A DNA stretch of 42,417 bases from an uncultured Candidatus Saccharibacteria bacterium (GCA_964427965.1 CAYRWK010000001.1:1-42417), one strand, 5' to 3'. Shown: positions 9,437 through 17,301, counted from the first letter of the stretch. A program made the numbers and translations. The notes: generated from the sequence alone by a model not told the origin.

Positions 9437-9975
9437 TTTGTAACCTCAGCCTCAAATGAAACTTGGATTAACGAATTACTTTTCATATTGGTACCCAGCA
9501 TTATATTTCTTTTAATGTAGCCAATTCCCTGAGGACCGTGTGCATTAGGATCAAAAGTTGCTTTTATTTTTACAGTTTCTCCGGGTTTTAAATTCTTACC
9601 TACTGTAAAATCTTGTGCACCTGCCATACCTTTCATAGTATATAAACCACTGACAGAACCATCCGCGTATAGTAGTTGTGCCTTAGTACAGCCACACGAT
9701 GTATATAGTTCCTTTAATAAGATATCCTCGTTTCCCGTGTTTGTTACCTCATAAAAGGCGTTAACAAGACCGTCCTTTTGGGATATAGTTCCAAAGTTGA
9801 AACTAGTCTGGTCTATCTTAACGGTGGAATTTGATAAAAACCCGTTATCGTTTACCGTTGTCGCACTAATTTTTTGAGAACTACTTTGAGTCACAAGTAT
9901 TACTCCTAAAATTACGATAGTAGGAAGTACTACAAGAAACAAAACGGGTTTAATTGTATTAAAAAAATCTTTCAT
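9433..9975 (-). CDS. DUF1573-domain protein (membrane anchored), paralog of 9029..9436
   Basis: 180 aa with an N-terminal TM helix. Same architecture and motif as its neighbour (VTNTGNE...YTSCGCTKA). Confidence 0.65.
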   Translation of the reverse strand: MKDFFNTIKPVLFLVVLPTIVILGVILVTQSSSQKISATTVNDNGFLSNSTVKIDQTSFNFGTISQKDGLVNAFYEVTNTGNEDILLKELYTSCGCTKAQLLYADGSVSGLYTMKGMAGAQDFTVGKNLKPGETVKIKATFDPNAHGPQGIGYIKRNIMLGTNMKSNSLIQVSFEAEVTK

Positions 9976-9987
9976 AATTACTCCTTT

Positions 9988-10887
9988 TTAAACTCCACAT
10001 CCACCACTACCTTTTGCAGGTTGAGGAATGGATTTAATTTGAGATCTGGTTTGTCTATAACCAGAAGCGCTGGAATATTTGGCACTTAACACTTCGGCAG
10101 GATCTACTTTATCTATGGAGGTTCCGTTTTCTGAAAAATATACTGCTAAATCTTGGTAGGTTTGTGGAAACCAGATACTGTTAACTTGCAATGCTACCTT
10201 ATAAGCTTCTTCTTGGGAGACTCCATTTTGTGCCATTAGTTCCAATAACCCAAGCATTGCTATTCCATGATTGCAGTCAGGAAAATGCGTGGAATTATTG
10301 CAACATGGTCTAAAAATGTTTTTAGACATATCCTCAACCATCTTTTGTTGTTCAGCATCTAAAACTACATAATTAGACTTGCTAAAATAATTCATCGCAT
10401 TACCTTTAGAAAGTGTCCAACCACCGGTACTAGCATAGTTTCCAGCTTGCGTTGGATCTTGCATGATTTCGCCTTTATCCAATACTGCATTTTTGTTTGC
10501 TAAACCAAATGCCCATAATAAATTCAAAATCAATCTTGAATTATTCTCAGTCATTGTTATGTTTTCAACATTTCCATCAATTAATGCTTTGTCCTCATCA
10601 GATAATGATCCCATCACAGAATCAAATTTAGTTTTGTCTATTACTCCGTCAGCTACTATTCTTTTACCAAAATCACCCCAAGAGATTGGTAGTACAACTT
10701 TTGTTACTGGTTGGACGGTAATCACCTTGTTCGGTATGGTATTAATAGAAGATGCAGTAAGCTTATTAGTACCGGCTACATTAGATTGCCTTTTAGGTGT
10801 AATCCTTATTCCAATAGAGAAAAAGTAATTGAATAGAAACAAAAATATGATTACAGCGCTCAATAAAAGCCACTTATACGTTTTCAT
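9988..10887 (-). CDS. secreted/anchored hypothetical protein with CC-x8-C-x-H motif and C-terminal GSGGCGV tail
   Basis: 299 aa with an N-terminal TM/signal segment. Contains a Cys/His cluster, RPCCNNSTHFPDCNHG. No family recognised. First gene of the minus-strand operon downstream of the two-component system. Confidence 0.6.
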   Translation of the reverse strand: MKTYKWLLLSAVIIFLFLFNYFFSIGIRITPKRQSNVAGTNKLTASSINTIPNKVITVQPVTKVVLPISWGDFGKRIVADGVIDKTKFDSVMGSLSDEDKALIDGNVENITMTENNSRLILNLLWAFGLANKNAVLDKGEIMQDPTQAGNYASTGGWTLSKGNAMNYFSKSNYVVLDAEQQKMVEDMSKNIFRPCCNNSTHFPDCNHGIAMLGLLELMAQNGVSQEEAYKVALQVNSIWFPQTYQDLAVYFSENGTSIDKVDPAEVLSAKYSSASGYRQTRSQIKSIPQPAKGSGGCGV

Positions 10888-10919
10888 ACTGTTATTATGG
10901 ATTATGAGTATTAAAGAAC

Positions 10920-12311
10920 TTATGAAGACAGATTGAGTGTAATAGTGAAGGTAGTACCTACTCCTTTTTTGCTCTCAACTTTAATCGAACCATCATGCGC
11001 CTTTATTATTGAATCTGTTATAGCTAATCCCAAACCGTGGCCAGCAATATTCTTGTTCTGTTCGGTACGGTAAAATCTGTTAAATATATCTTCCTGTTGT
11101 GCCGGGTCTATTCCAATACCCGTATCGTTAACACTTATAATCGCTTGGTTGCCTTTCTTATGGAGTTCTATGTTAATAGTTCCCTTTTCAGGTGTGAATT
11201 TAACTGCATTATCAACAATATTGTAAACTGCTTGATATAGCTTTTCTTCTTTTCCAAGAACAAATATATTATCGTCAACGTACGCTTCTATTTTCAAACT
11301 TTTAGGCGAGGCCATATACTGCGAAACGTTCTTAATTTCAGTCAGTAATTGGGATAAATTTATTTTTTTAAATGTTTTAGGCAAGTCGGTACTTTGTGAC
11401 CAAGCAAAATCCATTAGACTTATCATATTGGTAGATAATTTATCAATTTGACTTAGAGTTTGTTTGATTGATTGTTGGTACTCTTCATTACTTCGCTCTT
11501 TGGATAAAGTAACTTCAGAATTACTTTTCATTACAGACAACGGCGTTTTAATTTCGTGAGCCATTTCACCTAAAAACTGGCGTTCAAGATTAAAGGCTTT
11601 ACCTAATCTATCTAGTAAAGAATTAAAGTTTGTAACTAATATTTCAGTCTCTTCAGAACTTATAGGCAGGTTAATACGTCTTGATAAATTTTCAGATGTT
11701 ATTTTATTAATATCTTTACCTAGTTTGGTAATTGGATCAGTGGCAGATTTTGCTAAAAGATATCCTACTAGAATTGCGGGAGCAATGATGAAGAATAAAA
11801 CGAGGATTCCTATATTTCTTAACTGTCCTAATGTTTTTTCATAAACATCTATTGGGTGCCCCATTACAACTGCTCCCAACGCGGTATCAGTATTTTTTAT
11901 TGGATATGCTATTACCCTCATTGTGAAATCACCTATTTTCCTTTGTGTATACATAGGGGCATTACTTTCGACGGCTTGCTTCGATAAACTTTGAAAATTA
12001 GAGGCATTACCATCAGTGTTAAAACCTTGAATATCAACAATTTCAACGAATATCCCAGGAACTTCTTTTTGACTCAAACTCAATATATCTTTAGTTTGTG
12101 TATCGTGTGTGCTGTTAGTGTTCAAAGCAACACTGTATGCTATTTGAGAAGCGTGTATTGACAATGATCTGCCTGTTTCGAAGGTAAGATAACGCTGGGT
12201 CAAAAGATAAAAACTAGCAAACAAAACAATGGCAATGACAAATATAATCAACGCGTACCATAATGTTAACTGTTTTCTTATACTTAGTTTTTTAAGCTGT
12301 AGTTTAATCAT
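10920..12311 (-). CDS. sensor histidine kinase (two TM, HAMP, HisKA, HATPase_c)
   Basis: H-box EMAHEIKTPLS, N-box IVDNAVKFT, G1 DTGIGI, G2 GHGLGLAI. 4-nt ATGA overlap with the response regulator gene. Confidence 0.9.
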   Translation of the reverse strand: MIKLQLKKLSIRKQLTLWYALIIFVIAIVLFASFYLLTQRYLTFETGRSLSIHASQIAYSVALNTNSTHDTQTKDILSLSQKEVPGIFVEIVDIQGFNTDGNASNFQSLSKQAVESNAPMYTQRKIGDFTMRVIAYPIKNTDTALGAVVMGHPIDVYEKTLGQLRNIGILVLFFIIAPAILVGYLLAKSATDPITKLGKDINKITSENLSRRINLPISSEETEILVTNFNSLLDRLGKAFNLERQFLGEMAHEIKTPLSVMKSNSEVTLSKERSNEEYQQSIKQTLSQIDKLSTNMISLMDFAWSQSTDLPKTFKKINLSQLLTEIKNVSQYMASPKSLKIEAYVDDNIFVLGKEEKLYQAVYNIVDNAVKFTPEKGTINIELHKKGNQAIISVNDTGIGIDPAQQEDIFNRFYRTEQNKNIAGHGLGLAITDSIIKAHDGSIKVESKKGVGTTFTITLNLSS

Positions 12312-12982
12312 TCTTTAGTAGAAAGTTTAAAACCGACCCCATAAACGGTTTGTATTAATTTTACTTTTCCAGGCAAATCAATTTTTTTTCGCAGGGTGCC
12401 TATAAGTACATCAACAATATTGCTGTTTCCCGTGTAGCTTGTATCCCAGACATGATCCAAAATCATTGTCCTTGTGACTACACCGTCCTTATTCTTTGCC
12501 ATTAATTCCAGAATGGAAAATTCTTTTGGTGTTAGTTCTATTTTCTCTGAACCTCTTGTAACCTCGTGTTTGAATAAATCTACTTTTAAATCATCAATTT
12601 CTAAAACAGGGAGTTCTATTTGATCTTTTCTTTTTAATAAAGCTTTTACGCGTACAAATAACTCAATTACGCTGAAGGGTTTTGTTAAATAGTCATCTGC
12701 ACCGGTATTAAAACCTTCCACCTTGTCTTCTATTTGTGATTTTGCTGTAAGCATTAAAACAGGGACATTAATGCCTTTCTCCCTAAGATTTTTACAAATT
12801 GTAATCCCATCCATTTTGGGTAACATCAAATCCAGTATTATTAGGTCGTAAGGCTCCGTTTCAGCCATAAAACTACCCTCTTCCCCATCCAAAGCTACGT
12901 CTACAGCGTAACCTTGTTCAGTAAGCCCCTTTTTAAGATTTTCAGCGAGATCCTTTTCGTCTTCCACAATAAGTAAACGCAT
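12308..12982 (-). CDS. OmpR/PhoB-family response regulator (CopR/CusR-like by context)
   Basis: Receiver domain (LIVEDE..., DLIILDLMLP, KP) plus a winged-helix C-terminal domain (LTPKEFSILELM..., VYGVGFKL). Confidence 0.9.
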   Translation of the reverse strand: MRLLIVEDEKDLAENLKKGLTEQGYAVDVALDGEEGSFMAETEPYDLIILDLMLPKMDGITICKNLREKGINVPVLMLTAKSQIEDKVEGFNTGADDYLTKPFSVIELFVRVKALLKRKDQIELPVLEIDDLKVDLFKHEVTRGSEKIELTPKEFSILELMAKNKDGVVTRTMILDHVWDTSYTGNSNIVDVLIGTLRKKIDLPGKVKLIQTVYGVGFKLSTKE

Positions 12983-13020
12983 GCATGTATTTTATCGCAT
13001 AAATACTATTAATTGGAAAG

Positions 13021-13038
13021 CTTGTGAAAATTCACAAG
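13021..13038. promoter_or_regulatory. perfect 18-bp palindrome, candidate ArsR/SmtB-family operator
   Basis: CTTGTGAA-AA-TTCACAAG, with a TGAA...TTCA core like known ArsR/SmtB operators. It sits in the divergent region between the response-regulator gene and the arsR-like gene, about 33 nt upstream of the probable GTG start at 13071. Confidence 0.5.
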
Positions 13039-13070
13039 ATCTTCATAAGTTTTTTTGTATTATATATGTC

Positions 13071-13364
13071 GTGGAACCAGATATTTCTAAAGCCCAAACA
13101 ATATTCAAAATTCTTTGTAACAAACACAGAATAGAAGTAATACAACGACTAGCTAAGAAAGATAGTTATGTAGGAGAACTCGCGGAGTGTATTAAAGTAA
13201 AATCCTCAAAAGTTTCTAAGCAAATATCCTATCTTAAGAAACTTGGTTATGTATCTGGGCACAAATCAGGACTAAAAACATACTATCATTTGGAAAGTAA
13301 AAGTTTGCCGGGTTTAATTAAATACGTTGAAAACAGCACGCTTTTCCACAATAGATTTTCATGA
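13071..13364 (+). CDS. ArsR/SmtB-family metalloregulatory transcriptional repressor
   Basis: Winged HTH: FKILCNKHRIEVIQRLAKKDSYVGELAECIKVKSSKVSKQISYLKKLGYV. The tracked ATG at 12981 overlaps the divergent regulator start and would cover the palindrome. GTG 13071 gives a typical length of about 97 aa. The start is uncertain. Confidence 0.7.
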   Translation: MEPDISKAQTIFKILCNKHRIEVIQRLAKKDSYVGELAECIKVKSSKVSKQISYLKKLGYVSGHKSGLKTYYHLESKSLPGLIKYVENSTLFHNRFS

Positions 13365-13396
13365 GTTTCTAATAACCATAAATCTATAATGAGTCC

Positions 13397-13561
13397 ATGA
13401 CAAACAAAATAAATAAGACTTTATTAATATGCATTGCTGTAGCCGTATTAGGTTTAGTTATGGTTTTTGTATTCAAAGCGTCACCATTATTTACCTTGGC
13501 CATACTACTTTGTCCTTTAATGCATGTGTTCATGATGTCTGGTGGGGAGCATAAACACTAA
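13397..13561 (+). CDS. small membrane protein, DUF2933-like (54 aa, absent from the ORF track)
   Basis: My own translation: MTNKINKTLLICIAVAVLGLVMVFVFKASPLFTLAILLCPLMHVFMMSGGEHKH. It has one TM helix followed by the LLCPLMH.FMM..G.H motif I recall for DUF2933 proteins found next to heavy-metal ATPases. Confidence 0.55.
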   Translation: MTNKINKTLLICIAVAVLGLVMVFVFKASPLFTLAILLCPLMHVFMMSGGEHKH

Positions 13562-13603
13562 ATCATAGAGTTGTGCGGTATCATTAATCCAAGGAGATTA
13601 TTT

Positions 13604-15769
13604 ATGAATAAAATGAATCACGAGGATATGGAGCATAACCATCACAATATGCAAGATATGCCGGGTATGGAACACTCAGACCAACAAGATATGAGTAAGA
13701 TGAAACCAAACGATTCTATGGATCACAGTGTCCATAAGATGAGCTCAATGAGTCACGAGGACCATGAAAAAGCCATGACTGACCCAAACATGGCAGCTTT
13801 TATGGAAAAAGACATGAGGAATAGATTCCTTTGGTCATTACTCCTGACAATACCTGCATTAATGTACTCACCTGTTTTTACAAATATTTTTAAAATCAAT
13901 TTACCCACACCCATTCCTCAAAACTGGATATTATTTATTCTTACTACACCTGTTGTATTTAAATTTGGGTCAATATTTCCTGTCGGTGCCTATAAAGCGC
14001 TGAAAAATAAAACATTAAATATGATGGTTCTGATAGCTGTTGGTGTGCTGGCAGCTTACCTGTTTAGCGTATACATCACGCTGTTTATTGGTGGAGAAAC
14101 TTTCTTTGAAGCGGCTGCGATGCTTGTTACTTTCGTGCTTTTCGGACATTGGATGGAAATGAAATCTCGAAGAGGTACCTCGGAAGCATTACGAGCACTA
14201 TTTGATTTAGTCCCACCTCAAGCACGTGTAATGCGAGACGGTAAGGAAGTAATGATTTCCACAGCCGAAGTTGTAGTCGGCGATACTCTGATTCTAAAGC
14301 CGGGAGATAAAGTTCCTGTTGATGGCGAAGTTCTTAGTGGAGAATCTTCTGTAGACGAATCCCTTGTCACTGGGGAGTCAATTCCAGTTTCTAAAAAAAT
14401 CGGTGATAGAGTTATTGGCGGTTCCATAAATCAATCTGGATCATTAACTTTTAAAACAACTAAAGTGGGAAGTGACACAGCTCTCGCTCAGATTGTAAAG
14501 TTAGTAGAAGTAGCTCAAAACTCTAAAGCACCTGGACAAAGAATTGCAGATAAAGCCGCACAGTACTTGGTAATATTAGCTGTAGGAGCTGGAATAATTA
14601 CATTTGTATATTGGTACTTTATTAGCGGACAAACACTATTATTAGCCTTAACATTCGCAGTTTCTGCAATAGTTATTGCCTGTCCAGATGCGTTAGGTTT
14701 AGCAACCCCTACGGCTGTAGCAGTAGGCACAGGAATTGGCGCCAAACACAATATTCTTATTAAAAACGCATCTACTCTTGAACAAACATCAAAAATTCAA
14801 GCTGTGGTTATGGACAAGACAGGTACACTTACAGAAGGTAAACCTGTTGTTACTGATGTTAAAGCTGCAAACGGTTTCGACGAAAATGAAGTATTAAGAC
14901 TAACTAGTGCTGTTGAAGCAAAATCAGGGCATCCTTTAAGTAAAGCTGTCTTGGAAGAAATTCGTAAAAGAAACATTTTGATACCAGAAAGTATAAAGGA
15001 CTTTAAAAATCTATCGGGACTTGGTGTTGAAGCCATTGTTGAAGATAAGCAGGTATTAGTTGGTACAGAAAGACTTATGAAAGAACGCAATGTCGATATT
15101 GTCCCAATTCAACAGGATATCAATAATCTATTAGATCAAGGTAAAACTCTAATGATCGTGTCTGTTGAAGGAAAAGTCGCAGGTGTAATAGCAGTTGCGG
15201 ATGTAATAAAACCAACTGCTAAAAGAACCATACAGTTAATGAAAGAGCTCGGATTAGAAGTAGCAATGATCACAGGCGATAACAAGAAAACAGCCGAATC
15301 CATTGCAAAGGATATAGGGATAACAAGAGTATTTTCTGAAGTATTGCCAGAAGACAAAGCGAAATATGTTAAGCAACTTCAAAGCGAAGGAAAGTTTGTT
15401 GCAATGGTTGGAGACGGCGTGAATGATGCGCCTGCATTGGCTCAGGCTGATATAGGGATTGCGATCGGTGCTGGAACCGATGTAGCAATAGAAACTGCTG
15501 ATATTGTCTTAATGAAATCAGATCCTGGAGACATTTTAAATGCAATTAAGTTAAGTAAAGCCACTGTTCGTAAAATGAAACAAAATCTTGTATGGGCGAG
15601 CGTGTACAACGTGTTAGCAATACCTGTAGCGGCTGGGGCTTTATACACTACCTATGGTATTACTTTAAGACCTGAGTTTTCAGCACTTTTAATGTCAGCA
15701 TCTTCTATCATTGTTGCGACAAACGCGGTATTACTTAAGAGATCAGAATCAAGTTTAACTAATAATTAA
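13604..15769 (+). CDS. copB: P1B-3-like (CopB-type) heavy-metal ATPase with His/Met-rich N-terminus and CPD transmembrane motif
   Basis: The N-terminus is rich in H, M and D (MNHEDMEHNHHNMQDMPGMEHSDQQDMSKM...). Motifs: VTGESIP, ACPDALGLATP, DKTGTLT, GDGVNDAP, YNVLAIP, MSASSIIVATN. The ATG at 13604 is preceded by AGGAG, so it is preferred over the tracked TTG at 13571. Confidence 0.85.
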   Translation: MNKMNHEDMEHNHHNMQDMPGMEHSDQQDMSKMKPNDSMDHSVHKMSSMSHEDHEKAMTDPNMAAFMEKDMRNRFLWSLLLTIPALMYSPVFTNIFKINLPTPIPQNWILFILTTPVVFKFGSIFPVGAYKALKNKTLNMMVLIAVGVLAAYLFSVYITLFIGGETFFEAAAMLVTFVLFGHWMEMKSRRGTSEALRALFDLVPPQARVMRDGKEVMISTAEVVVGDTLILKPGDKVPVDGEVLSGESSVDESLVTGESIPVSKKIGDRVIGGSINQSGSLTFKTTKVGSDTALAQIVKLVEVAQNSKAPGQRIADKAAQYLVILAVGAGIITFVYWYFISGQTLLLALTFAVSAIVIACPDALGLATPTAVAVGTGIGAKHNILIKNASTLEQTSKIQAVVMDKTGTLTEGKPVVTDVKAANGFDENEVLRLTSAVEAKSGHPLSKAVLEEIRKRNILIPESIKDFKNLSGLGVEAIVEDKQVLVGTERLMKERNVDIVPIQQDINNLLDQGKTLMIVSVEGKVAGVIAVADVIKPTAKRTIQLMKELGLEVAMITGDNKKTAESIAKDIGITRVFSEVLPEDKAKYVKQLQSEGKFVAMVGDGVNDAPALAQADIGIAIGAGTDVAIETADIVLMKSDPGDILNAIKLSKATVRKMKQNLVWASVYNVLAIPVAAGALYTTYGITLRPEFSALLMSASSIIVATNAVLLKRSESSLTNN

Positions 15770-15787
15770 ATTCAGAAAGGAATTTAT

Positions 15788-16489
15788 ATGCTAAAGACTA
15801 AAATATTATTCGCAGCACTATTAATCGGTGGTGTGCTTTTTATAACTAAACCTACAGTCTTTGCTCAGGGAATGATGGGTGGATTTAATAACGGTGCTTC
15901 TGTATCCGAAGCAACAGTGGCCTCTACAGCTAAAGATGAGGCAGATGGAAAAGTCGTTTACGACAGATTAATGTCAAAGCAAGTGACTTGTGCAAATCTA
16001 ACCGACGATGAATTTGACGTACTTGGAGATTACTTTATGGGATTACGCTTAGGAGACACTGCATCTCATGCGTATATGAATAACATGATGAGTCGTATGA
16101 TGGGCGAAGATGGTGAAAAACAAATGCATATTGCCTTAGGTAAAAGGTTAAGTGGTTGTGATAATTCAACACCATTTCCTGCCAAAGGTGCTAATTTTCT
16201 ACCTATGATGGGTTTAGGTGGAATGATGGGAAGCAGTAACAACTTTTTTAATGGAGGTAATTCTATGATGGGGTATAACGGAGGGAACTGGTTCGGTCTA
16301 GGTTCAATATTTTACGTGGTGTTATGGGTATTAATCATCTTTGGGATATTCTTTGCCCTTAAGCGATTGTTAGCAAGTAAAGATACTAAACATGAAACTA
16401 AATCTGCGAAGGATATACTTGCTGAGAGATACGCAAAAGGAGAAATTGATAAAAAGGAATTTGAAGAGAAAAAGAAAGATCTAGCATAG
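15788..16489 (+). CDS. Met/Gly-rich secreted domain, TM helix and cytoplasmic SHOCT domain protein (putative copper-binding)
   Basis: Signal peptide. Repeated MMGG/MxxMM motifs (GMMGGFNNG, MNNMMSRMMGEDG, PMMGLGGMMGSS, NSMMGYNGG). One TM helix. The C-terminal AKDILAERYAKGEIDKKEFEEKKKDL matches the SHOCT pattern. Confidence 0.6.
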   Translation: MLKTKILFAALLIGGVLFITKPTVFAQGMMGGFNNGASVSEATVASTAKDEADGKVVYDRLMSKQVTCANLTDDEFDVLGDYFMGLRLGDTASHAYMNNMMSRMMGEDGEKQMHIALGKRLSGCDNSTPFPAKGANFLPMMGLGGMMGSSNNFFNGGNSMMGYNGGNWFGLGSIFYVVLWVLIIFGIFFALKRLLASKDTKHETKSAKDILAERYAKGEIDKKEFEEKKKDLA

Positions 16490-16619
16490 CCTAGTTGCCT
16501 TTCTGTTTCCCATAAATTCTGTTTATTCAATAAAACAATCCTGTGTAATTACATTGTAATGATACCCTAAAGAATTAGTAAACTAACTATGAATAGATAT
16601 AGTTGGTAGTTTCTTATGT

Positions 16620-17300
16620 TTATATTGATGATTTATCGGTTTCAAGATACTTTTTATTTCTAACGAAGGTCATAAATGCGTTTGTTCCATAGAATTGGGT
16701 TAACCATACCGAATCGAATAATCCTGGAACGTTCGCAAAGCCGTATAAAAAAACATTATCGTATTTTCCTAGTTTCCACCTTATTAAAGGTAACAAATCT
16801 TGGTGTTTTGCTAAAAGTTCCTTTCCGGAGATTACAAAATGTCTTAATACGTGACTATCTGGGAGAGTTTTACCCGATTCTATATATAACAACCCTTTAA
16901 CTATTTTATCCAATATGCAGTGAATACGTTTCCAATCTTCTTCAGGCATTTTTATTGCAGTGCGTTGACCTAAAAATATATTACTAGGACTTAGTAAATC
17001 AACTTCCTGCATTTTGTTAAACATATACTCAGCTAGTTTTTTATCGTAGCTAATAGATCTTCGAATCTTCGTTTCAAATAAAGTGTTTGCTGTGATGGAT
17101 TTATCCATTGCAAACGCAACCATATGATCTCTGAAGAAAGGCTCATCTTTTGAAAATTCCTGATTACATTTTTCGCAACAGGGAACTGTTTTAAGCTGTA
17201 ACCCCTTTATGTTTGGAAACAAACCTTGTGGAGGCACGTGATCTTTTGTTGTCGCTACGCTTCCACAATACACACATGTTTTCACAACTCTTATAGTCAT
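16620..17300 (-). CDS. HNH (His-Me finger) nuclease domain protein with uncharacterised ~170-aa C-terminal domain
   Basis: The N-terminus CVYCGSVATTKDHVPPQGLFP...VPCCEKCNQEF fits the CxxC...DH...CxxCN HNH pattern. Its start is 1 nt after the stop of the upstream ORF. Confidence 0.55.
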   Translation of the reverse strand: MTIRVVKTCVYCGSVATTKDHVPPQGLFPNIKGLQLKTVPCCEKCNQEFSKDEPFFRDHMVAFAMDKSITANTLFETKIRRSISYDKKLAEYMFNKMQEVDLLSPSNIFLGQRTAIKMPEEDWKRIHCILDKIVKGLLYIESGKTLPDSHVLRHFVISGKELLAKHQDLLPLIRWKLGKYDNVFLYGFANVPGLFDSVWLTQFYGTNAFMTFVRNKKYLETDKSSI

Positions 17301-17301
17301 T

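Noticed and set aside
12981-13070. ATG at 12981 as the start of the arsR-like gene (tracked 127-aa version).
   Set aside because: It would overlap the divergent response-regulator start codon and translate through the palindromic operator and promoter region. The N-terminal 30 aa (MHVFYRINTINWKACENSQDLHKFFCIIYV) look non-native for ArsR proteins. GTG 13071 is preferred but unproven.
14218-15648. Five minus-strand ORFs of 68-97 aa inside the copB-like gene.
   Set aside because: They are antisense shadow ORFs of a well-supported ATPase gene.
16490-16619. Search for an attL-type direct repeat of the tRNA-Pro 3' segment at the presumed left end of the element.
   Set aside because: I found no copy of TGGTCGGGGTAGCCCGG or a shorter tRNA-derived string, only a chance-level TTGGTAG and a small ATTACA/TGTAAT palindrome. 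No att site is called, which is consistent with serine-recombinase biology but leaves the boundary undefined.
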